A stretch of 64,000 nt of DNA. Source: an uncultured Bdellovibrionales bacterium (GTDB lineage Bacteria > Patescibacteriota > Minisyncoccia > Moranbacterales > UBA1568). The notes below the pieces were generated by a model. It saw nothing but the letters and a program-made list of their open reading frames with translations. It was not told where the DNA came from and ran no database searches. The stretch spans positions 228,824 through 292,823 of the forward strand of contig CAZTBI010000001.1 of the NCBI GenBank assembly GCA_964612055.1, given 5' to 3'. The position numbers were made by a program, and so were the translations under genes. Of the stretch, positions 48,278 to 58,384 are shown piece after piece. Numbering within the stretch: position 1 is the stretch's first letter; each line of letters begins with the position of its first letter.

Positions 48278-48502
48278 TCAGTTGGGGACGGTGGGCATCT
48301 GCGGGAGCCGCGGATCCGACTCGGGCTCAGGGCTCGGGCGCGGACGACGGCCTTCCGTGCCGATGTAGATCGGCGCCTGATCCATCACCGCTGCGACGAT
48401 CATCGCCTTGGGCGGCTCCGGGGGCGGGGCGGCCGGGGCAGCAGCGGCGGCGGCGATGGCCATGGACATGACAGCCAAACGCGCCAGTGTCTTTTTCTGC
48501 AT
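48278..48502 (-). CDS. Small Ala/Pro-rich secreted orphan peptide
   Basis: AAGGAG SD, signal-like N-terminus, GC-rich. Confidence 0.6.
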   Translation of the reverse strand: MQKKTLARLAVMSMAIAAAAAAPAAPPPEPPKAMIVAAVMDQAPIYIGTEGRRPRPSPEPESDPRLPQMPTVPN

Positions 48503-48599
48503 TGGAGTAACTCCTTGTTTCCCTTTGGGCGGTTCCTTGGACTATTCCTCGGACTCCTCAGGGACACCTAGAATAGCACAAAAAAAGACCCCTGTAAAG

Positions 48600-48728
48600 C
48601 CCCGCACCTTTTTGGCATTATTCCCCACAATGAAACCAATCCTTACGGCACCTAGTTTTTATTTATATAGTATGTAAGCACCCCCACTAAAATGATTGCA
48701 GAGATACTCCTGCCAAAAAGGTGCGGGG
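48600..48728. mobile_element. MITE-like element: 18-bp perfect terminal inverted repeats, flanking 5-bp direct repeat
   Basis: TAAAG|CCCCGCACCTTTTTGGCA...TGCCAAAAAGGTGCGGGG|TAAAG. Confidence 0.8.
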
Positions 48729-48761
48729 TAAAGAGTCCTTCGTGGCTTAGAAAAGGTGTTT

Positions 48762-49229
48762 TTAGAAATCCAATACCGGAACTACCTCAGTTTCCAGTAT
48801 TGTATCCCCTTCTCCAAAGAGAAATTTCGTACGAAATTTTTTACCAGTCAGGAACACCGGCACCCAATGAATGTCGTCCGGCCACATCTCATCGTAAGGA
48901 ATAGCATCAGTCGTGAACCACTGCGGTCGCATCTCTTCGGTTTCTCGCGGTTCCCCTGTCCAAGTATCAACCCGAAAAACGTGCACTTCCAAAATATCAC
49001 CTCGCGCATTTTCAAATTCAAACTCATGAATACCAACTTTTTCCATCTCCGTGATCACGATACCGCACTCTTCCTCAGTTTCTCGTTTGGCAGCAGCCTC
49101 AATCGTTTCCCCTGCTTCTACCTTCCCGCCAAAGCCATTCCACCGTCCCGCGCCAAACCCACGCTTCTTCATACCTAGAAGTATCTGATTTTCCCGAAGC
49201 ACAAGACACAGTGTCAGTATTTTCCGCAT
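48762..49229 (-). CDS. 8-oxo-dGTP diphosphatase (MTH1/NUDT1-like)
   Basis: LLGMKKRGFGAGRWNGFGGKV...RETEEECG...ETEEMRPQWF...MWPDD. Confidence 0.9.
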   Translation of the reverse strand: MRKILTLCLVLRENQILLGMKKRGFGAGRWNGFGGKVEAGETIEAAAKRETEEECGIVITEMEKVGIHEFEFENARGDILEVHVFRVDTWTGEPRETEEMRPQWFTTDAIPYDEMWPDDIHWVPVFLTGKKFRTKFLFGEGDTILETEVVPVLDF

Positions 49230-49306
49230 AGATATATTGACATTTTATCCTCTTCGTGATTAGTTTAGCACATAGTTCATCGGTCCCATTCACAGGAGGG
49301 TTCATC

Positions 49307-49591
49307 GTGACCACTCACCTCACCATATTACAGCCCGGACCGGATCATTCCTGCCCACCAGACGCGATCATCGTAGAACTTTCTCCGCCAGAAGTTCACT
49401 CACTTGAATCCGCTCGCAGATTCTGGAAGGAAGCTGGCGAATCTCCAGACATTGTCGTCGGATACATCCCCTTGGAACTCCCAGATGAAGTTGCGGAATA
49501 CTTGAATGACCTCCGAGCAAGTGACGGTCCCGAAATGTTGGAGCAGATCATCAATGCCGCCTTCAATCTTGGGAGAGCCTATCAGGGCTAA
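49307..49591 (+). CDS. Hypothetical acidic protein
   Basis: AGGAGG SD before GTG 49307; TTGACA promoter. Confidence 0.6.
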   Translation: MTTHLTILQPGPDHSCPPDAIIVELSPPEVHSLESARRFWKEAGESPDIVVGYIPLELPDEVAEYLNDLRASDGPEMLEQIINAAFNLGRAYQG

Positions 49592-49636
49592 CGAAAAGCC
49601 CTTGCCGCTAAGCGTTAGTAATGTTATATTCAAGGC

Positions 49637-49785
49637 ACGGGGCTGGGGGATTTGAGAGGACGCTGGTATTCGCTTGAATACCAAAAATTATAAGAACAAC
49701 GCTTCCTATACTCTCTCCCCCTCCCCTTCTCCCTTCCGCAAACGCGGACCCATCCCAGGCCTTTGACTCACGTCATTGGCCTTTT
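49637..49785 (+). ncRNA. Candidate ~150-nt small RNA
   Basis: TTGCCG-17-TATATT promoter with TG extension, G-rich/C-rich pairing, terminal hairpin + T-run, no + strand ORF. Confidence 0.45.
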
Positions 49786-49791
49786 CTATTT

Positions 49792-50376
49792 TTATTCACC
49801 AAAGAGTTTCTTTTCTTCTTTCCGAAGCAGTTCCATAAACTCATCAAAGTACGGCTGTATTTCTGGCGAGAGAGCTATTTTAGCTTTCTTATGCTCATAG
49901 AGCATTTCAAGGGTGATCTTTTTTTCTTGCCAGGTTCGGCCATTATCAAGATACACTTTCAACATTGGCTCAACCTTATCAAGAGCATAGACAAAACGAC
50001 TTTCCGGATCTTCTTTGGTCACATAGCCCTTGATAGCGGTATGTATTTCCGGAACATCTGGGAATTCTCCCACCAGTCGCTCGGCTGCCAAACGTTCGCG
50101 CTCCGGTTTCGATGCCAAGAACTCTTTATCCTCACTGTATATATAAGTGTCGCCAGCGTACACCTCGACCAAATCATGAGCTAGAGCATACGAAAAGACT
50201 TTTTCCTTATCAAGTGACAGATGCTCACTTTCGATAATATACCAAGCCAGCATTGCGAGACTATACGAATGCTCTACATCATTCTCCCAACGCTCCGAAC
50301 CCGGCACGCGGATCACGCGCTCCACTTTCTGCAACTCATTCAAAATTTTCGCAAAGCCAAGCAGTTTCTGAAGCAT
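49792..50376 (-). CDS. HD-domain hydrolase (HDDC2/YfbR-like)
   Basis: ENDVEHSY, ALAHDLVEVYAGD, VYALDK. Confidence 0.9.
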   Translation of the reverse strand: MLQKLLGFAKILNELQKVERVIRVPGSERWENDVEHSYSLAMLAWYIIESEHLSLDKEKVFSYALAHDLVEVYAGDTYIYSEDKEFLASKPERERLAAERLVGEFPDVPEIHTAIKGYVTKEDPESRFVYALDKVEPMLKVYLDNGRTWQEKKITLEMLYEHKKAKIALSPEIQPYFDEFMELLRKEEKKLFGE

Positions 50377-50382
50377 ATTTTC

Positions 50383-50838
50383 TTATATCTTGAATCCTGA
50401 TTTTTTGATAATTTTCAATTGATCACGGAAGGCACTATGAAGAGGTTTTGGTAACTTACTCGATCGAAACCAAGCAAGTTCTTCCATCTTATCCGGCTCA
50501 CCAATTTTCACTTTTTTGGGATCAACTTGCGCAACAAAGAGAAATGCAATCCAATGGGTCTTAGTAGTACCGTTCTTTCGCAAAACATTGCGCGCACCAA
50601 AAAACTGAAGCTTCTTCGCTCTTACACAATACTCTTCCCGTATTTCCCGGATGACTCCTTGTTCAGGGGTTTCTCCAAATTCCAATGATCCTGATCCGGT
50701 ATCCCAACGGCCAACTTCATCTCGACAATTCTTACTCCGTTTGTGCATGAGAAGATTTCCTCTTCCATCGTGACAAAAAAATACACATGTCACCCCGATA
50801 AAATCTACACCCTTTTTCAGATCAAATGATTTTTTCAT
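50383..50838 (-). CDS. NUDIX hydrolase
   Basis: GSLEFGETPEQGVIREIREEY. Confidence 0.88.
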   Translation of the reverse strand: MKKSFDLKKGVDFIGVTCVFFCHDGRGNLLMHKRSKNCRDEVGRWDTGSGSLEFGETPEQGVIREIREEYCVRAKKLQFFGARNVLRKNGTTKTHWIAFLFVAQVDPKKVKIGEPDKMEELAWFRSSKLPKPLHSAFRDQLKIIKKSGFKI

Positions 50839-51029
50839 ATCGGCTCTCCAAATACTTCTTCTTTTACCCTTTTCACTTCGTCCTCTTTCTCGATAATAAC
50901 TCCTTTGTGAAGTTTGTAGAGAAGCGGGATCACGCCACAATTTTCACATTTTCCCCAATTGCAACCCTTTTGCTTATGATGAAGCCTACGACACATCCCC
51001 AGTTCTTTTTCAAAAGTTTCCTTGTCCAT
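50835..51029 (-). CDS. Small Cys4 hypothetical protein
   Basis: MC...GCNWGKCENCG; starts next to the secA stop, ATGA overlap with the NUDIX gene. Confidence 0.7.
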   Translation of the reverse strand: MDKETFEKELGMCRRLHHKQKGCNWGKCENCGVIPLLYKLHKGVIIEKEDEVKRVKEEVFGEPI

Positions 51030-51031
51030 AT

Positions 51032-53686
51032 CTATGCCCCATGACACTTCTTATATTTCTTACCGCTCCCACAGGGACAAGGATCGTTTCGGCCAACTAT
51101 TTCTTCATTAACAATGGGGGCTTGTTTCTGGGTTTCGCCCTGATTACTGCCACCGCCCGCTTGAGCCTCTCCTTTCAGCGTCGCAAAGGATTCAATATTT
51201 TCACTGGCACCACGAAATTGCATCTCGCGAGGGCGCTCCTGCTCCACAGTTCCGGTAGCACTCACTTTCAGGATCGTCATCAAGTACGTCTTGCGCACCG
51301 TATCCATCAGTCCAAGGAAGAGATCGAAGGCTTCCCGCTTATATTCGATAAGCGGATCGCGCTGACCATAGCCACGAAGCCCAATTCCCTGTCGCAAATA
51401 ATCAATCTCATCTAGGTGATTCATCCAGAGCGTATCAAGGGAGCGAAGGTAGAGCGACTTTTGAATGAGGCTCCAGGTCTCTTTACCAATCATTTTCTCT
51501 TTCTGGTTGTAGACCTTTTTGGCTTCACCGAGCAGGTGTTCGAGAATAAGATTTTTCTTTTCAATTTCATCCTTGGAGCGATCATCACGAATAGCCTCAA
51601 GCTTCTTCAATGCCTCTTTTTCATTAAGCGTCGAAAACATGGCATTGGCTTCGTTCACGATCTCCTGCATGTTCCACTCGCCCTCTTCGACAGCGGTATG
51701 GAAACCAATCACATGATCCAACTCTTCGGAGAGCAAGCGCAGCGTTTCGTTCTCAAAATCTCCCGTTTCAAGAATGGCACGACGCTTGCGGTAGACGACT
51801 TCGCGCTGCTTGTTCATGACATCATCATAGTCGAGCACGTGCTTGCGAATATCAAAGTTGAAGCCTTCAATCTTCGACTGGGCGCTCTCGATCGTTTTCG
51901 ATATAATGCCATTTTGAATCGGCTCATCATCAGGCAAACCGAGCGTCGTCATCATACCCTTCATTTTCTCGCCACCGAAACGACGCATCAGCTCATCTTC
52001 GAGCGACACAAAGAACTGCGACACTCCAGGGTCACCCTGACGTCCAGCACGACCACGAAGCTGATTGTCGATACGACGGGCCTCGTGACGCTCGGTACCG
52101 ATGATGGTGAGTCCACCCAGTTCCCGCACGCCATCGCCTAATTTGATGTCCGTACCACGACCAGCCATGTTCGTTGCGATAGTGATGGATCCTTTTTGGC
52201 CGGCATTAGCAATAATATGCGCTTCCCGTTCGTGATTCTTGGCATTCAATACCTCATGGGTGATACCTTCATGCTGCAGTAACGTACTCAAGTACTCAGA
52301 TTTTTCAATAGCGACTGTGCCAATAAGGGCTGGCTGGCCAGTGGTATGGATCTCTTTGATATGTTCCACAATAGCCCGAAACTTTGCTTCCTCCGTCTTA
52401 TAGACAATATCCGGCAAGTCCTTGCGTGTCATCGAACGATTGGTCGGGATTTCGAGCACATCGAGCTTGTATACCTTGGAAAGTTCCTCAGCAGAAGTCG
52501 AGGCGGTACCAGTCATACCAGCCAGTTTCTCATAAAGACGGAAGTAATTCTGAAAAGTAATAGTAGCCAAGGTGCGAGATTCGCGCTGTACCGTTACGCC
52601 TTCTTTGGCTTCAATAGCCTGATGGAGTCCCTCACTATAGCGGCGACCTGGCATAAGCCGTCCGGTGAAGTCATCTACGATAATCACCTGATCATCTTTT
52701 ACGACGTAGTCACGATCGAGTTTGAAAATGATATTGGCTTTGAGTGATTGTTCCAGATGATGGACATATTGGACATTGCCGGAGGCATAGATATTGCCCA
52801 TCCCCAAAAGCCGTTCGACAGAGTTCATACCTTCATCGGTCAGCGTCACCACCTTCATCTTTTCATCAATCACGTAGTCTTTCTCTTCTTTCAGATTCGG
52901 AACAATCTTCGCAAAGCGTTCGTAGAGCTTGGTCGATTCACTATCTGGCGCCGAAATGATAAGCGGGGTGCGGGCTTCATCAATCAAAATAGAGTCTACT
53001 TCATCGACAATAGCGAAATGAAGATGACGCTGTGTCATCTCTTCTAAGGTTGAAACCATGTTGTCACGCAGGTAGTCAAAACCAAATTCGTTATTGGTAC
53101 CGTAGGTGATATCAGTTGCATAGGCCTCTTTTCTCGAGATAGGGACCAAATTTTCCATCTCCACGCTGACCTCATCACGATCTTCGACATTGGAAGTGTA
53201 ACGATACGAAACCCCCTGACCAACAATACAAGAAGTAGTAAGCCCAAGCGCCTCATACACCTTGCCCATCCAGTTACAATCACGCTTAGCAAGGTAATCA
53301 TTGACCGTCACCACGTGCACACCTTTCCCTGTTAGAGCATTGAGATAAATCGGCAGTGTCGATGTCAGCGTCTTTCCTTCACCCGTTTTCATCTCAGCAA
53401 TTTTCCCCCGATGAAGAGCAATGCCACCTAACATCTGTACATCGTAGTGACGCTCACCGATGACACGCCTCGCTACTTCTCGCACCACCGCATAGGTTTC
53501 GGGCAACAAATCCTCCAGCGTTTCGCCGTCCGTCAGTCGCTTCTTGAATACCTCGGCTTTCCCTCGTAGCTCATCAGAAGAAAGAGCCTGAAGTGCTTCT
53601 TCAAAGGTATTTATTTTTTCAACAATCGGGCGCAGTTTATCCACCTCGCGCTCATTCGAACCAAAAAGTTTTTCCAAAAATGACAT
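51032..53686 (-). CDS. secA: Preprotein translocase SecA
   Basis: [43 protein letters not shown]. Confidence 0.98.
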   Translation of the reverse strand: MSFLEKLFGSNEREVDKLRPIVEKINTFEEALQALSSDELRGKAEVFKKRLTDGETLEDLLPETYAVVREVARRVIGERHYDVQMLGGIALHRGKIAEMKTGEGKTLTSTLPIYLNALTGKGVHVVTVNDYLAKRDCNWMGKVYEALGLTTSCIVGQGVSYRYTSNVEDRDEVSVEMENLVPISRKEAYATDITYGTNNEFGFDYLRDNMVSTLEEMTQRHLHFAIVDEVDSILIDEARTPLIISAPDSESTKLYERFAKIVPNLKEEKDYVIDEKMKVVTLTDEGMNSVERLLGMGNIYASGNVQYVHHLEQSLKANIIFKLDRDYVVKDDQVIIVDDFTGRLMPGRRYSEGLHQAIEAKEGVTVQRESRTLATITFQNYFRLYEKLAGMTGTASTSAEELSKVYKLDVLEIPTNRSMTRKDLPDIVYKTEEAKFRAIVEHIKEIHTTGQPALIGTVAIEKSEYLSTLLQHEGITHEVLNAKNHEREAHIIANAGQKGSITIATNMAGRGTDIKLGDGVRELGGLTIIGTERHEARRIDNQLRGRAGRQGDPGVSQFFVSLEDELMRRFGGEKMKGMMTTLGLPDDEPIQNGIISKTIESAQSKIEGFNFDIRKHVLDYDDVMNKQREVVYRKRRAILETGDFENETLRLLSEELDHVIGFHTAVEEGEWNMQEIVNEANAMFSTLNEKEALKKLEAIRDDRSKDEIEKKNLILEHLLGEAKKVYNQKEKMIGKETWSLIQKSLYLRSLDTLWMNHLDEIDYLRQGIGLRGYGQRDPLIEYKREAFDLFLGLMDTVRKTYLMTILKVSATGTVEQERPREMQFRGASENIESFATLKGEAQAGGGSNQGETQKQAPIVNEEIVGRNDPCPCGSGKKYKKCHGA

Positions 53687-53747
53687 AAGTATACGTAATC
53701 GATAAAAGTTCTTCCATTGTAGCAAAAATGACCGTACCAGTCAAAAG

Positions 53748-53776
53748 AAAAATCCCGCCAAAATGACGGGATTTTT
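53748..53776 (-). terminator. Terminator after raiA/hpf
   Basis: AAAAATCCCGCCA-aaa-TGACGGGATTTTT. Confidence 0.75.
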
Positions 53777-53790
53777 CCTTATTTTAAGCC

Positions 53791-54141
53791 CTAAAATCGA
53801 GCCGACTCATCTAGGACAAGTTTCTTTTTAATCGAACGATTGCCCCGTAATTTAAGATCACGATTACGATTCTTTTTCTTATCTATCTGGACTTCGAGTT
53901 CATCAATTACTTTATCTGTTGAGCCTTCGACACTTTCCGTCATTTCTTCAGCTCGGTAGAGATTGTGCGGCGTTTTCACCATGATCTCTACGCGAAATTT
54001 CCCCTTCTTATCCTGTTCCATTTCCACTTCAAACTCCGTCACTGGATCTACGAGTTTTTCCACCCGCTCCAAACGCTTGAGGACATAGTCTTTCGTTCGA
54101 TCATCGATCTCGATACCCTTGAATAAGAAACGCGTATTCAT
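53791..54141 (-). CDS. raiA: Ribosome hibernation factor (RaiA/HPF, short)
   Basis: KGIEIDDRTKDYV.KRL...FRVEI...YRAEE...DKVIDELEVQI. Confidence 0.85.
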   Translation of the reverse strand: MNTRFLFKGIEIDDRTKDYVLKRLERVEKLVDPVTEFEVEMEQDKKGKFRVEIMVKTPHNLYRAEEMTESVEGSTDKVIDELEVQIDKKKNRNRDLKLRGNRSIKKKLVLDESARF

Positions 54142-54159
54142 AGCTTTGCTGTTAAGAAA

Positions 54160-54357
54160 TTACAGACCGTAAGCCGCGGACAAAGAGTTCAGAAAAAACG
54201 GAATAGCAAAAATGAGTCCGAGGAGCGGGAGAAAAAACATCACGAGTGTCACTATCAGTGTCCAGAGGAAATAACGACGCGTCTTCTCGACAGACTGGTA
54301 AATCTGCTCGAGTTTTGCGTCCTGCGCTTGAATTTTCTGCAAAATTTCTTGTTCCAT
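54160..54357 (-). CDS. Small membrane protein
   Basis: IYQSVEKTRRYFLWT + TM; leaderless-type start. Confidence 0.75.
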   Translation of the reverse strand: MEQEILQKIQAQDAKLEQIYQSVEKTRRYFLWTLIVTLVMFFLPLLGLIFAIPFFLNSLSAAYGL

Positions 54358-54432
54358 AGCCTCAGTATAGCACACCTGCGATAAACCTTTTTAGAGAAGA
54401 AAAAAGGCGGTCTGGAAATTCCAAACCGTCCA

Positions 54433-54747
54433 TCAGTCCCATTTTGGGAATGGTCTGAGATCATCCATCTGGAGAGGCTTCCTTTCCCGACTATCAGCCT
54501 GATCCGAAACAGATTCTTTCCCATCACCCATCTGCATCTGATTCATGACTCCCGGGATGGGTATGTTGTTCACCCGGTAACAATTCAAAGCGCATGCCTC
54601 AGTGCAAAAGATGCCGTACAGACCCTCTGATCGCACGGCATTTTCCCGCAACGCGGATTGGCAACATCCGCAGCAGTAAAAATACAAACGGTCGTCGTGC
54701 ACAACCACCTCGCTCTCAAAAGAACCAAACAAAAAGACGGGAAACAC
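54433..54747 (-). CDS. Hypothetical Cys-rich (CxxC...FCxxxC, TRASH-like) protein
   Basis: CCGCC...IFCTEACALNC; own promoter and terminator. Confidence 0.5.
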   Translation of the reverse strand: MFPVFLFGSFESEVVVHDDRLYFYCCGCCQSALRENAVRSEGLYGIFCTEACALNCYRVNNIPIPGVMNQMQMGDGKESVSDQADSRERKPLQMDDLRPFPKWD

Positions 54748-54842
54748 GCCCCCGCCTCACCAAATATTCTCGAATTCTTTCTTTGTTTTCACACTTTCAG
54801 TATACACCCGGAAAAGGATACTTCTACATACCCTGTCAATCC

Positions 54843-55772
54843 CTAAAATCCCACGTATTGCACCTCTTCTTGAAGTCGGATCCGTAATTCATCACGGACC
54901 TTTGTTTTAACTAAACTCGCTAAGGTGACAATATCTTCCGCTGTCGCTGTTCCAGTATTCAAAAGGTAGTTTGGATGCCGCTCACTCACCATGGCGCCAC
55001 CAATTCTTTTCCCACGCAGCCCGACATGATCGATAAGCCAGCCAGCTGGCAGCTTTCCGCCTTTTGATGGCATACCGGTGTCTTTCTCAAATTCTTGAAG
55101 CAGGTGCTCGTCCTTCACTTCTGGATTCATGAAAAATGATCCAGCACACTTGGCATCCTGCGGATGTTTTGCTTCACGCGCTGCTACCGTTTCTTTGATC
55201 ACTCGCTCCAGCATCCCCTTTTCACCAGATAAAAGTTTCATCTCAGCAGAGAGAATTACGAATTGAGGATTTTTCTTGAAAAGACTAGTTCGGTAACCAA
55301 ATTCACATTCCTCCTGACGATATTCTCGCACCATGCCCGTGTGACGATCCAGTGTTTTGACAGACACAATAACATCACCAATTTCCGTACCAAAAGCCCC
55401 AGCATTGCCACGGACCGCTCCACCAAAAGAACCGGGAATACCGGCGAGTTTCTCGATGCCTTCAAGCTCAGCATCCTTCGCCTTCCAGACAACATCAAAA
55501 AGCGAGACGCCTGCTCCAGCAGTAATCTTTTCTCCCGATACATGCAGACCACCATCGACAACATGCACTACAATCCCTGGAAACCCTTTATCAGAAAATA
55601 AAACATTACTTCCACCGCCTAAAACGTAGAGTGGAAGCTTGTGCTGTTCGGCGTATTCAAGAATTTCGGCAATCTCAATAGCACCTGACACTTCGGCATA
55701 GTACCGAGCTGAACCACCGATACGAAACGTGGTGAACGGCGCCAAGGGAATATTCTCTTGCAAGGCAATCAT
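54843..55772 (-). CDS. murB: UDP-N-acetylenolpyruvoylglucosamine reductase
   Basis: TTFRIGG, LGGGSN, GIPGS.GG, AGSFFMNP. Confidence 0.96.
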   Translation of the reverse strand: MIALQENIPLAPFTTFRIGGSARYYAEVSGAIEIAEILEYAEQHKLPLYVLGGGSNVLFSDKGFPGIVVHVVDGGLHVSGEKITAGAGVSLFDVVWKAKDAELEGIEKLAGIPGSFGGAVRGNAGAFGTEIGDVIVSVKTLDRHTGMVREYRQEECEFGYRTSLFKKNPQFVILSAEMKLLSGEKGMLERVIKETVAAREAKHPQDAKCAGSFFMNPEVKDEHLLQEFEKDTGMPSKGGKLPAGWLIDHVGLRGKRIGGAMVSERHPNYLLNTGTATAEDIVTLASLVKTKVRDELRIRLQEEVQYVGF

Positions 55773-55825
55773 ACCAAAAAATATTTGTGTGAGTTTTTTT
55801 ATTTACTTTTCGCACTCGCCCCTTC

Positions 55826-57244
55826 TTACTTCTTGGCCAAGGCATGAGAAATTTCCCAAACACTCCCTGCGCCTAAAGTAATGATAACATCTTGCCGCCC
55901 CATTGTCTTCTCAAGATCAGAGGTCAGCATGACAGTATCAGAGGCATATTCTGCCTTACCAGGAAAAAAACGATTAATGAGATCAACCAGGTCACGAGAA
56001 GAAACACCCCCCTGAACTTCTCGGGCACTCCCGTAAATGTCGAGTACCACTACCCGATCTGCGGCATCAAAACTCTGAGCAAAATCAGTCAGAAAAGCCT
56101 TGGTTCGAGTAAAGGTGTGGGGATGAAAAACGACAGAGAGCTTCTTCTCAGGGTACAGATCACGAAAAGCCTGGAGTGTCGCTCGGATTTCTTCTGGATG
56201 GTGTGCATAGTCGTCATACACAAGAGCGCCGTAACGTTCTCCAATATACTCAAAGCGTCGCTCCGTACCAGAAAACTTTTCGAAAGCATCTTTGATGCGC
56301 TCAGTTTTTTCCCCTAAAACCGACAGGAGTCCGAGAACGGCAGTGGCATTTAAAGCATTGTGCAAACCGGCAAGCTTCAGGTGGAAAGGGCCCTGTCTCT
56401 CCCCCTCATGGAGTACGGAAAATGACTGGCGAAACACTTCTTTCTCCCCGACAAAGCCCATTTTCTCCGGAACGTATTCTACGACTTGAAAATCTGCCCC
56501 CTCGAGCGTTCCATAAGAAACCTTGCGACAATGCGCATGACTAGCAATACGAGCCACGCTCGCCGAATCAGCGCAATACACAAGAATACCGTGGGCTGGG
56601 ATACGAGCAACAAATTCTGCAAATACCCGCTCATAACTTTCCATATCCGGGAAAAAGTCCGGGTGATCCCAGTCGACACTCGTCAGAATAACGGCAAAAG
56701 GCGTATAGTGCGCTAGTTTATTCTGATATTCATCAGCTTCAATTACGAGGTATTCCCCAGAGCCAGAGAGAGCATTACCGCCCCAACTCATGATGCGACT
56801 CCCAACAATCGCCGAAGGATCTTTTCCGCAAAATTTGAGCGTGTCAGAAAGGAGAGCACTCGTAGTCGTCTTGCCATGCGTGCCGCACACTGCGAGCGTC
56901 AGTTTTTCTTGCGTGAGAGCACCTAAAGCCTCTGGATAACTGAGTACCGGGATGCCTTCTTCAAAAGCTGCTACCAACTCCTTATTCTTTTCTCGGGTAT
57001 ACGCTGTCGAATAGACAATCAGATCAGCCGATGCGGGAATATTTTCTGGCTGAAACTTTTCTGAAACAGTTATCCCCAATTTTTTGAGTATGGGGTCAGT
57101 AAAGAATACTTCTTCGACATCCGAGCCGGTCACTAGCGCTCCTTGACGAAGCAATAACTCAGCCAGCGCCGTCATACCAGCGCCTTTGATACCGACCATG
57201 TGAATTTTTTTGAAGCGTGACAGACGCAGATCGGAAATAGACAT
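55826..57244 (-). CDS. murC: UDP-N-acetylmuramate-L-alanine ligase
   Basis: GIKGAGM, GTHGKTTT, EADE, DDYAHHP. Confidence 0.96.
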   Translation of the reverse strand: MSISDLRLSRFKKIHMVGIKGAGMTALAELLLRQGALVTGSDVEEVFFTDPILKKLGITVSEKFQPENIPASADLIVYSTAYTREKNKELVAAFEEGIPVLSYPEALGALTQEKLTLAVCGTHGKTTTSALLSDTLKFCGKDPSAIVGSRIMSWGGNALSGSGEYLVIEADEYQNKLAHYTPFAVILTSVDWDHPDFFPDMESYERVFAEFVARIPAHGILVYCADSASVARIASHAHCRKVSYGTLEGADFQVVEYVPEKMGFVGEKEVFRQSFSVLHEGERQGPFHLKLAGLHNALNATAVLGLLSVLGEKTERIKDAFEKFSGTERRFEYIGERYGALVYDDYAHHPEEIRATLQAFRDLYPEKKLSVVFHPHTFTRTKAFLTDFAQSFDAADRVVVLDIYGSAREVQGGVSSRDLVDLINRFFPGKAEYASDTVMLTSDLEKTMGRQDVIITLGAGSVWEISHALAKK

Positions 57245-57248
57245 AAAA

Positions 57249-58373
57249 TCAACGCTTCATAAGTGTTCGGAGTCCGTTCGCAATGGCAAGCGCTGCATCC
57301 GGGTGATGAAACTGGTTCATTCTTTCGCCCATAGCCGCCCTAAGGTCGGCATCAGCCATAAGTTCTGTAATTTTCTCAAGCAAAATATGCTCTCTCAAAT
57401 TTGGTTCTTCCAGTACGATAGCACCACCGATCTTGGCAATATCATAAGCATTGAGACGCTGCTCATCATTAGCAGCGCTCGCCAAAGGTGCCAAAATAAC
57501 CGCCTTCTTCAAAGCGGCAAGCTCCGAGATAGAACCCGCCCCGGCTCGTGAGAGCACCACTGAAGCGAGCGCCAAGACATCCGCCAATTCCGAAGCGGAG
57601 AAAAAATCTCGTGGTACATAGCCCCCACCTTCAGTTGCTATGCCGTTCTCCTGTAGCACCTTGATGATGTCCTCGTAATTCTCACGACCTGTCTGATGCA
57701 CCACCTGGATCCCAGCCTGTAAAAGCTCTGGGAGAATATGCAGTACCGCCTCGTTCAAGATAACTGCTCCCTGGCTTCCTCCCAGAACCAGAAGCGTCGA
57801 CTTGTCGACGGAAAGCCCGAGATGAGTAGCTGCTTGCGCCGCATCACCGCGAAGTAATTCTTCCCGCACCGGATTGCCCGTCAACGCCGTTTTGGCTTCC
57901 GGAAAATAATCCCGAGCACTCGGATACGCGATAGCGATGCGTGTCGCAAAACGAGACAGTAGCCTGTTAGCACGACCCGCTACGGCATCGGAATCATGGA
58001 TGATGATAGGGATGCGATATACCCACGCCGCCAAAACCACCGGCACCGAGGCAGACCCTCCTTTCGAAAAAACAGCATCCGGCATGAAGAGGAAGAGTTT
58101 CCACAAAGATTGCAGGAAACCGATTGGCACCTTGAACGGATCGATAAAATTGCGCCAGGAAAAATAGCGGCGCATTTTGCCGGTCATCACATACTCCGCC
58201 CTGATCCCTTCGGCGGCCATAGCCTCGCTTTCAAACTGACCTTTGGATCCAACGAAAAGAAACTCCACCCCTTCGGGAAGTTCTTGGCGCAAAGCGCGCG
58301 CCACAGCGATTAACGGAAAAGTGTGTCCGCCGGAAACGCCACCGGAAAGGACAATACGCGGAAGAGAGGCCAT
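57249..58373 (-). CDS. murG: MurG glycosyltransferase
   Basis: GGVSGGH, TGNPVR, GGSQGA, SRAGA. Confidence 0.96.
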   Translation of the reverse strand: MASLPRIVLSGGVSGGHTFPLIAVARALRQELPEGVEFLFVGSKGQFESEAMAAEGIRAEYVMTGKMRRYFSWRNFIDPFKVPIGFLQSLWKLFLFMPDAVFSKGGSASVPVVLAAWVYRIPIIIHDSDAVAGRANRLLSRFATRIAIAYPSARDYFPEAKTALTGNPVREELLRGDAAQAATHLGLSVDKSTLLVLGGSQGAVILNEAVLHILPELLQAGIQVVHQTGRENYEDIIKVLQENGIATEGGGYVPRDFFSASELADVLALASVVLSRAGAGSISELAALKKAVILAPLASAANDEQRLNAYDIAKIGGAIVLEEPNLREHILLEKITELMADADLRAAMGERMNQFHHPDAALAIANGLRTLMKR

Positions 58374-58384
58374 AGAAAAGCTTT

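Noticed and set aside
49639-49785. tmRNA (starts GGGGCTG)
   Set aside because: Too short, and no matching 3' acceptor/T arm or tag reading frame
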